Shown in pieces: positions 32,499 to 39,745 of a stretch of 39,745 bases of DNA; position 1 is the stretch's first letter; each line of letters opens with the position of its first letter. The notes under the pieces are model-generated. The model made no database searches. It had not been told where the DNA came from and worked only from the letters and a program-made list of their open reading frames with translations. The position numbers and the translations under genes were made by a program. The DNA is from a virus. Location of the stretch: UHGV virus genome UHGV-0127686, one strand, 5' to 3'.

Positions 32499-32535
32499 AA
32501 AAAAAGCCACCGTTGCAACTTAAGAGTCACTAACG
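32499..32535 (-). terminator. hairpin plus T-run downstream of Q (tR'-like)
   Basis: On the minus strand ccgtt...aacgg stem followed by ttttttta, just upstream of the tRNA-like gene. Confidence 0.4.
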
Positions 32536-32585
32536 GCAGCTTATGCGAATAGTGTTGCTCATTTGCTCAATGATGTCAACACGTT

Positions 32586-33074
32586 CTATGCTATATGTTT
32601 AATTTTCTCTACACGTTTCCGGTTTTTAAACGCACTATCCAGAACCGGGTAAATCATAAACAACGAGGCATTGATGATTTCGTCAACTTCCCGTCGACAG
32701 GTTGCGAGCGATGGTTTTTGAATGCGCCCGCCGCCCCGGCATAACATCTTGCGAGGTCTTGCGACGCGATGATAGTAAGATGCAATGGCGTGCTTGGAAG
32801 AGCCGTGGGCGTAGTAGCTGAGGAGGATGCCAAAGGCTTTCTTGTCAATGTACATGACGGAATCGACGACCTGAGAAATCAACATTCCATCATCATCATT
32901 ACACATTGGCCTTGTCATAACTCTTCCCGGCTCTACGCTCTCCATGAACTTAGCTATTACGCTGCTCATGCGCTTTTCCAGACGACCTGAATAAACCCAT
33001 GCGCCCCACAGTTCAAGCCAGCCATTCAGCCACTCGTGCTGTTCTTTGGTGAGGTTTAGTTCTCTTATGCCCAT
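32586..33074 (-). CDS. late antiterminator Q (phage 82/933W-type Q family)
   Basis: From ATG at 33074 with ggagaagg RBS; LELWGAW, CNDDDGMLIS, LLSYYAHG pattern resembles Q82-type antiterminators; position between nin genes and lysis cassette. Confidence 0.6.
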   Translation of the reverse strand: MGIRELNLTKEQHEWLNGWLELWGAWVYSGRLEKRMSSVIAKFMESVEPGRVMTRPMCNDDDGMLISQVVDSVMYIDKKAFGILLSYYAHGSSKHAIASYYHRVARPRKMLCRGGGRIQKPSLATCRREVDEIINASLFMIYPVLDSAFKNRKRVEKIKHIA

Positions 33075-33117
33075 GCGCCTTCTCCCTTGTGATCTGGAAT
33101 GGTTTTTACTGAGAACG

Positions 33118-33729
33118 TCATGCGGCCTCACTTCTGCTGTTTCGCAGGTCTTTGAGTTTCTGCTGATACTCCGCCTTGATGGCCCTGCACTCTTCGACAG
33201 TCCAGCGATGGCGGTTATGGTTTGATTCGATTTCGTCTACTGCTTCCTGCCCGATGCGGCTAATCAGTTCGACGCGATACGGAACGAGATTTCCGCTTTT
33301 GTGCTGGTTGCACACCACGCATTGCTTGTGAATATTGCGTTCATCAAATCGGAGTTGAGGTGCCGCAGCAGTTGTCCGGTAATGTCCGGCATCCCACTGA
33401 GCAGACGTGATCGTTCCGCATGAGATACATGGTAAGTCGCGGTCTCTTTCTCTGATGAAGGCGTTTACGGCTTGTTGGGCTTGTTTAATCCAGTAACTGC
33501 GGGGCTTTAAGGCGAGTTTTCTAATCTTAAGTTTATCTTTCTGTTTCTGCTCCTCTCGTCGTCGTTTCTTCTCTGCTGCTTTTTCCGCTTTTTCGCGTTC
33601 TTTACTTCGTCGTTCGAGTGCTATCTTGGTTCCACACTCTGGAGAGCACCACCACTGATTAGCGAATGCAGGGTGAAACCATTCCCGACATTCATCGTTT
33701 TTACATCGTCTTCGCGCTGGTTTAGCCAT
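33118..33729 (-). CDS. ninG: NinG (Rap) recombination protein
   Basis: Near-identical to lambda NinG as recalled ([33 protein letters not shown]...). Confidence 0.9.
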   Translation of the reverse strand: MAKPARRRCKNDECREWFHPAFANQWWCSPECGTKIALERRSKEREKAEKAAEKKRRREEQKQKDKLKIRKLALKPRSYWIKQAQQAVNAFIRERDRDLPCISCGTITSAQWDAGHYRTTAAAPQLRFDERNIHKQCVVCNQHKSGNLVPYRVELISRIGQEAVDEIESNHNRHRWTVEECRAIKAEYQQKLKDLRNSRSEAA

Positions 33730-33934
33730 CATCTTCTTCCTCGTGCATCGAGCTATTCGAATCGCTCATCAGCTCTGCACAGCAGTACTCACACACGTGA
33801 ACTTCCAGCACATGCAGCTTCTGACCGCAATTAGCGCACGTTAAAGCCCGCTCGACGCTTTCTTGTTCGTAACTTCGATTTGGGTCAATCACCTTGTATT
33901 CCTCGCACGATGTCTTAGCCACCGGATATCCCAC
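33722..33934 (-). CDS. ninF: NinF-like protein
   Basis: C-terminal [34 protein letters not shown] matches lambda NinF as recalled; true start may be internal. Confidence 0.7.
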   Translation of the reverse strand: MGYPVAKTSCEEYKVIDPNRSYEQESVERALTCANCGQKLHVLEVHVCEYCCAELMSDSNSSMHEEEDDG

Positions 33935-34071
33935 AGGTGAGCCGTGTAGTTGAAGGTTTTTACGTCAGATTCTTTTGGGATTGGCTTGCGTTTATTTCTG
34001 GAGCGTTTCGTTGGAAGGTATTTGCAGTTTTCGCAGATGATGTCGGTGATACTTCGTCGCTGTCGTCTCAT
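33889..34071 (-). CDS. ninE: NinE-like protein
   Basis: 60 aa [52 protein letters not shown]; ATGA overlap with ninB stop. NinD versus NinE naming is from memory. Confidence 0.65.
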   Translation of the reverse strand: MRRQRRSITDIICENCKYLPTKRSRNKRKPIPKESDVKTFNYTAHLWDIRWLRHRARNTR

Positions 34072-34508
34072 GCCGCCCTGTCTCCCCATCGCGCTTTCCA
34101 TTCGAGAGCCAGTCGCGCTTCGTCCGACCACTTAACGCCACGCTCTGTACCGAATGCCTGTATAAGCTCTAATAGCTCCGCAAATTCGCTTACACGCATC
34201 CTGCTGGTTGACTGGCCTATTACCACAAAGCCATTCCCGGCAAGGTTAGGAACAACATCCTGCTGCTTTAATGCTGCGGTAAACACACACTTCCAGCTTT
34301 CTGCATCCAGCCAGCGACCATGCCATTCAATCTGACGAGAGACGTCACCAAGGCAAGCCCAAAGCTTTCGATTCTGGTCTAAGCTGCGGTTGCGTTCCTG
34401 AATGGTTACTACGATTGGTTTGGTTGGGTCTGGAAGAATTTGCTGTACCGCGTGAATAGCGTTTTGCTGATGTGCTGGAGATCGAATTTCAAAGGTTAGT
34501 TTTTTCAT
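34068..34508 (-). CDS. ninB: NinB (Orf) recombination mediator
   Basis: [59 protein letters not shown] near-identical to lambda NinB as recalled. Confidence 0.9.
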   Translation of the reverse strand: MKKLTFEIRSPAHQQNAIHAVQQILPDPTKPIVVTIQERNRSLDQNRKLWACLGDVSRQIEWHGRWLDAESWKCVFTAALKQQDVVPNLAGNGFVVIGQSTSRMRVSEFAELLELIQAFGTERGVKWSDEARLALEWKARWGDRAA

Positions 34509-34581
34509 GACTTCCCTCTCCCCCAAATAAAAAGGCCTGCGATTACCAGCAGGCCTGTTACAAGCTCAGTGATGTAGATGG

Positions 34582-35958
34582 TCATACGTCAGCCCCTTGT
34601 GCATATCGTCTGCCACGAGCAGCAGGTGCATTTGATGCTGTGCAAATCTGTCTGGCTTCATCCTGGTCACATGCAACAAAGTGTCCGTTGCAGAACCGCT
34701 GGTAAACCGTACCAAGTGAGCCAAAACGGTTTTTCGTCACGATGATTTCAGCAAATGGCGCGGCCCTACTGTTCTCGTCATATACCGCTTCCCGATAGAG
34801 CATGATGATTGAGTCTGCGTCCTGTTCAATGCTTCCTGAATCACGCAAATCTGCGTTTGTCGGGCGTTTGTTTGGTCGCTTCTCAACATCGCGCGAAAGT
34901 TGACTTAGGGAGATAACAGGCGTTTTCAGGTCTTTCGCCATCGCCTTCAGGCTTCCTGAGATGTGAGCAATTGCGAGGTCGTTGCGGTCTGCTTTCGGCT
35001 TCTCAATCAGGCCAAGATAATCCGCCATGATGAGTGACAGGTTTGGATTTTCCTGTTTGTGCCGTTCTGCGATTGAGCGAATTTCTTCGACCGATAACCG
35101 CGAGGCATCGACTACCCATACATCCAAATCTGCAAGCTGACTCATGCCGTTAGCAACACATGCCCAGCCCTCGTCATCCATCGATGCAGGATTTCGCAGT
35201 ACGCTAACCGACATCCTCCCGGCGTTGGCAATGCTTCGCTCTGCAATCTGCAATGCGCTCATTTCCATTGAGAAAATCAATACCCCGCGCCGGACGTCAG
35301 AACCAGGAATAACGCGGCTTGCAACGCCTTCGGCAATCTTCAGCGCCAGTTCGGTTTTCCCCATACCAGGACGAGCAGCGATTATCACCAGGTCTTCCGC
35401 GTTCATCCCTCCGGTGATGGCATCAAGTTCTTCGATTCCGGTCTTCAGGGTATCTGACTCTTCTCCGTTCCTCAGACGCCTGTCAAGCGTGTCAGTGTAG
35501 TCGGTGATGATTTCCCCTAACCGTACAGGTTTAACCTCGTCACGGGGCTTTCTGATGGCTGAAAGACGCTTTACAAGCTCATCCATCGCCTGACTCGATG
35601 CGTCGATGGTTCCGCTCTGAATTGGTTCACGCATTTCATCCATGATTTCCAGCACCAGACGGCGGTGATAGTTATCCGCGACCATTCCGGCATATCCCTT
35701 CAGGTTTGCGGCACTCGGGCAGTTTTTGCTGGTCATCAGGATTGACGTGAAATGCTCCTCTCCGCACGCCTCGGCGACCATCAGCGCGTCGATTAAATTT
35801 CTGTTTCGCGCCTGCTTGCGGATAACCTCGAAGGCTTTCCGGTAGAGCGGAATTGAAAACGCTTCCGGCTCAAGCGTTGCCAGAACGTCACTGGCAGTTG
35901 GTGTTAATCCACCAATCAGCAGGCCACCGATAACGCTCGCTTCGATATCCTGTTTCAT
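34582..35958 (-). CDS. DnaB-family replicative helicase (phage-encoded)
   Basis: Walker [10 protein letters not shown], Walker B region [10 protein letters not shown], DnaB N-terminal domain; occupies the lambda P position. Confidence 0.9.
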   Translation of the reverse strand: MKQDIEASVIGGLLIGGLTPTASDVLATLEPEAFSIPLYRKAFEVIRKQARNRNLIDALMVAEACGEEHFTSILMTSKNCPSAANLKGYAGMVADNYHRRLVLEIMDEMREPIQSGTIDASSQAMDELVKRLSAIRKPRDEVKPVRLGEIITDYTDTLDRRLRNGEESDTLKTGIEELDAITGGMNAEDLVIIAARPGMGKTELALKIAEGVASRVIPGSDVRRGVLIFSMEMSALQIAERSIANAGRMSVSVLRNPASMDDEGWACVANGMSQLADLDVWVVDASRLSVEEIRSIAERHKQENPNLSLIMADYLGLIEKPKADRNDLAIAHISGSLKAMAKDLKTPVISLSQLSRDVEKRPNKRPTNADLRDSGSIEQDADSIIMLYREAVYDENSRAAPFAEIIVTKNRFGSLGTVYQRFCNGHFVACDQDEARQICTASNAPAARGRRYAQGADV

Positions 35959-36776
35959 GCAATCCCCCTGTCTGCAAACTTCCCTTCACGAACTCCCGTT
36001 AACGAATCTTCTCTCAGCAGGTAATCAAAATCAGCCGTCCAGCCCGTGTCGTTGTCTCCGAAGTAAAACGGCTTGGCCTGATGCACAAACGCCCTGACAT
36101 ACGCTCTGAAACCGTCCACGTTTGGCGTTTTCAGTTGCGGGATGATTTTCTTCAGGCGGCGTTTTCGTTTCTCGTTGACCGCAACAGCGTGTGGAAGTCT
36201 GTCACCGACTTCGGTGTTGTAGGCGTTCAGGAAGGATTCGTAGTCGATTCGTTCTGCCTTGCGACGTTCAGGTTTAACCTGCCCATCGCCGCCCCCGTTA
36301 GGGGGTAAGGGGGTATTTGTATTTATTGTCTTTTGTATATTGTCTTTTGTGTTTAGCTGACTTGGCTTATACCCATTAGCCGACTTGGCTAATGTTTTAT
36401 TAGCTGTTTTAGCTAATGTTAAGCTGTCCTGGCTAATCCACTGAGAAACCACCTTGTTCACTCCGATTTTCACGCCATCAGCAATGAGGAATTTACGCTC
36501 AATAAGCTGGCGCTTGGCAGCGCAAACATGAGTGTGATGAATACCTGTCATGGCTGCTATCTGCGTGTTTGTGAGTCGATCCATCGGCTTATTGAATCCG
36601 TATGTCTTGCGCATGATAGCGAGCATCACCTTCAACTGCCGGACGGTTAAATCAGCCATCAGCAGACTGTCGGTAATCTCGTTAGCAACGCGCATGAAAC
36701 CATCTTCGGTATCTGCCACGCGATGCTCCACGACCTCCAGTTGAGGCCTGTAATCAGCTAACTTAACGACGCCCAT
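35955..36776 (-). CDS. replication initiator O-like protein
   Basis: N-terminal [37 protein letters not shown] resembles lambda O; iterons lie within the gene. Confidence 0.8.
   Translation of the reverse strand: MGVVKLADYRPQLEVVEHRVADTEDGFMRVANEITDSLLMADLTVRQLKVMLAIMRKTYGFNKPMDRLTNTQIAAMTGIHHTHVCAAKRQLIERKFLIADGVKIGVNKVVSQWISQDSLTLAKTANKTLAKSANGYKPSQLNTKDNIQKTINTNTPLPPNGGGDGQVKPERRKAERIDYESFLNAYNTEVGDRLPHAVAVNEKRKRRLKKIIPQLKTPNVDGFRAYVRAFVHQAKPFYFGDNDTGWTADFDYLLREDSLTGVREGKFADRGIA
36296..36445. repeat. replication origin: four iteron-like repeats plus AT-rich tract inside the O gene
   Basis: Repeats of the form tagc(t/c)g(a/t)(c/t)ttggct(a/t)at at roughly 22-bp spacing, adjacent to duplicated ttgtcttttgt AT-rich block. 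Confidence 0.6.
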
Positions 36777-36958
36777 GTTTCACTCCTGCTTTGGCTAGTC
36801 TGTAAACACCAACAAGGCGTTCTGCGAACGCCCTGTTATTTGCTGCGGCTACCACTAATCCCTCAGGTGAATCAGGGTGTCGAATCTCTTCTTTTTCCTG
36901 GTATTTCTTACGACGTTTTGTCATAATTACTCCTGTGGATTGATCCAGTCTTTCTACA

Positions 36959-37237
36959 TCAGGCCTCGAAGAATTCGCCGTTCTTCGGGGCTTTTTCTTT
37001 TGTCAGCATTCTGGCTACTTGCTTAGCCAGTTCCGCCAACTCCTCGTCTTCAACACCCCATTCAAGAACAGCCAGAAGCATTCCCATTTTTGGGATGAAG
37101 CTGTCTTTCCATCGCGAAATTTGCGATTCATTAATCCCTAACGCGTCGGCAACCTTTCGCTGACCACGTACAGCAATTCGATTCAGGATGTTGCTTGTAA
37201 TTGCATTCGCTTTCTTGCGAGTACTTGTAAGTTGCAT
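36959..37237 (-). CDS. cII: CII-like transcriptional activator
   Basis: 92 aa from ATG at 37237 with lambda-identical leader (aggaaatacttacatATG); ESQISRWK...MLLAVLEWGV matches the CII DNA-binding core; rest diverges from lambda. Confidence 0.8.
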   Translation of the reverse strand: MQLTSTRKKANAITSNILNRIAVRGQRKVADALGINESQISRWKDSFIPKMGMLLAVLEWGVEDEELAELAKQVARMLTKEKAPKNGEFFEA

Positions 37238-37316
37238 ATGTAAGTATTTCCTTAGATAACAATTGATTGAATGTATGCAAATAAATGCATACACCATAGG
37301 TGTGGTTTAATTTGAT

Positions 37317-37348
37317 GCCCTTTTTCAGGGCTGGAATGTGTAAGAGCG
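37317..37348 (-). promoter_or_regulatory. nutR (boxA CGCTCTTA, boxB GCCCTGAAAAAGGGC)
   Basis: Exact lambda nutR boxA and boxB read on the minus strand between cro and cII. Confidence 0.85.
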
Positions 37349-37355
37349 GGGTTAT

Positions 37356-37565
<210 letters not shown>

Positions 37566-37582
37566 TTAGTACATGCAACCAT

Positions 37583-37646
37583 TATCACCGCTAGAGGTAA
37601 AATAGTCAACACGCACGGTGTTAGATATTTATCCCTCGCGGTGATA
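37583..37646. promoter_or_regulatory. OR1-OR2-OR3 operators with divergent PR and PRM
   Basis: Three 17-bp operators: OR1 tatcaccgcTagaggta, OR2 caacacgcacggtgtta, OR3 tatccctCgcggtgata; lambda-like apart from one base each in OR1 and OR3 (capitalised). Confidence 0.9.
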
Positions 37647-37653
37647 GATTTAA

Positions 37654-38370
<717 letters not shown>

Positions 38371-38456
38371 GTCCGCAGCAAGAGACTTTATACGCATCTA
38401 GATGTAGGAAATAAAAAAGAAGATCCCTACAATAAAAATAAGGAAATCATTAAGAT

Positions 38457-39362
38457 ATGTCGATTAACAGCAATAGCGAATCCCTGCATCAAATGCAGCT
38501 TTTCCCTGTAGTAGAGGTTGTTTCTGATGATATTCCTATGGGCGTTCTCAATGATGGAACTCCTTACCTAACTCTCTACGGTCTCGCAAAGTTATGCGGC
38601 ATTGATGACACGCCACTGAGGGTGTTCACATCAAACTGGAACACAGAGAAAAACAAACCCAGAGGTCAAAAAGTAGCTGCGTATTTAGCTGAGAAAGGGT
38701 TTCATAACGTCGAAAAGCTATACACTCGCGTTTTAAATAGCTCAAACGTGGAAACTCATGCTTATCCTGACTATGTTTGCATGGCTATCCTCCGTTACTA
38801 CGCTCTAGATGCCACCAATTTTGATAGGTCAGTCGCAATAGGTAATTTTGTTCGCTTGGCTGAGTACACGCTTAAGCGAATGATTTATGAAAAGTCAAAT
38901 TACAACCCAAATGCTTCAATAGATATCTCATTCGAGAACTATAGAGCAAGGATTAAGCTAAACGATCAGATACCGACAACTCATTTTGCAGTATTCAGAG
39001 AGATAGCTGACATTGCCATGAACCTGATCGGAGGAGGATTCCCAATGGATGACACCACATCTTTGGATGGAAGTGTTGGAATTCACTGGGGAAAGTATTG
39101 GACAGCTAATGGGCTATCTGAGAAATTCGGGGAAAGGGTGCAGTACCCACATTTATTCCCCGAAAATTACAGGCAGTCAGCTGCAAATAAGCATATAACA
39201 GCTTGGATTTATCCTATTGAGGCACTTGGCGTGTTCAGAAAATGGCTACACGATAATTACGCAATGGAAAAACTGCCAAATTACCTTGGGAACAAAAAGA
39301 TTAGTAACGCCTCCGAGCTATTAGAGTCGATAAAAAAACCAGCACTCCCAAATAAGCATTGA
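38457..39362 (+). CDS. hypothetical 301-aa protein in the rexA/rexB position
   Basis: ATG at 38457 with aaggaaa RBS; AT-rich; no resemblance to lambda RexA or RexB as recalled; N-terminal third loosely resembles a Bro-N/KilA-N-type domain (tentative). Confidence 0.8.
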   Translation: MSINSNSESLHQMQLFPVVEVVSDDIPMGVLNDGTPYLTLYGLAKLCGIDDTPLRVFTSNWNTEKNKPRGQKVAAYLAEKGFHNVEKLYTRVLNSSNVETHAYPDYVCMAILRYYALDATNFDRSVAIGNFVRLAEYTLKRMIYEKSNYNPNASIDISFENYRARIKLNDQIPTTHFAVFREIADIAMNLIGGGFPMDDTTSLDGSVGIHWGKYWTANGLSEKFGERVQYPHLFPENYRQSAANKHITAWIYPIEALGVFRKWLHDNYAMEKLPNYLGNKKISNASELLESIKKPALPNKH

Positions 39363-39372
39363 TCTCCACCAC

Positions 39373-39399
39373 AACCCGGCATCTGCGCCGGGTTTTCTT
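39373..39399 (+). terminator. rho-independent terminator (tImm-like)
   Basis: cccggc/gccggg stem with short loop followed by ttttctttg, 11 nt after the stop. Confidence 0.75.
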
Positions 39400-39551
39400 T
39401 GCCTAACGCCCCCCAAAAAACGCATAACCAATTGTATTTATTTCAAAATTAATAGATACAACTCACTAAATATCGCAATTCAGATCTCTCGATCACCTTC
39501 CCAATCCACACAACCCTGCAAAAAATAAATCTATATAAAAAACATACAGAT

Positions 39552-39613
39552 AACCATCTGCGGTGATAAATTATCTCTGGCGGTGTTGACATAAATACCA
39601 CTGGCGGTGATAC
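39552..39613 (+). promoter_or_regulatory. OL3-OL2-OL1 operators with PL promoter
   Basis: aaccatctgcggtgata, tatctctggcggtgttg and taccactggcggtgata with TTGACA -35 and GATACT -10, matching lambda as recalled; transcription exits the right edge. Confidence 0.92.
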
Positions 39614-39653
39614 TAAGCACATCAGCAGGACGCACTGACCACCATGAAGGTGA

Positions 39654-39684
39654 CGCTCTTAAAAATTAAGCCCTGAAGAAGGGT
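39654..39684 (+). promoter_or_regulatory. nutL (boxA CGCTCTTA, boxB variant GCCCTGAAGAAGGGT)
   Basis: boxA exact; boxB stem closes with T where lambda has C; sequence diverges from lambda shortly after. Confidence 0.75.
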
Positions 39685-39745
39685 AGCATTCAAGCAGAAG
39701 GCTTTGGGATTGGATGAATGAGCAGGCTGATGCTCGACCAATGTA

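Noticed and set aside
36296-36445. Possible CRISPR array suggested by short repeats
   Set aside because: Repeats are about 18 bp, imperfect, without unique spacers of regular length, and lie inside a replication initiator gene; they are origin iterons.
38371-39550. Expectation of rexA and rexB
   Set aside because: Looked for the recalled RexA (279 aa) and RexB (membrane protein) sequences after cI; neither is present, only the single 301-aa ORF.
39654-39745. nutL boxB variant and divergence from lambda at the right edge
   Set aside because: The boxB change only converts a closing G-C pair to G-U and the sequence runs off the window; too little context to interpret the N-gene region.

Overview
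The window holds two juxtaposed mobile elements. Positions 1-3671 are the end of a CP4-6/CP4-57-like cryptic island (lipoprotein, DUF905, KlcA/ArdB antirestriction, RadC-like JAB, DUF987, CbeA/CbtA-type antitoxin/toxin), all on the + strand. A 46-nt copy of the 3' end of tRNA-Thr at 3952-3997 marks the junction. From there to the right edge is a mosaic lambdoid prophage, written in reverse of the usual lambda map, with no integrase in the window. In order: AT-rich cargo with two GIY-YIG-like ORFs; a Pin-type invertase with an invertible tail-fibre segment; a P2/Mu-like contractile tail and baseplate; a non-lambda head module; a small moron cluster including a trypsin-like protease; a phage-21-type lysis cassette; two tRNA-like genes; Q; a reduced nin region; DnaB-type helicase and O-like initiator with ori iterons; then a lambda-type immunity region (cII, nutR, cro, OR, cI, OL/PL, nutL). 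The most interesting candidates are accessory genes at classical moron positions: a single unrecognised 301-aa gene where lambda carries rexA/rexB, a self-contained two-gene operon plus a secreted protein inserted in the baseplate cluster, and the protease between lysis and terminase genes. All family assignments come from reading motifs and recalled homologues; no database search was run.
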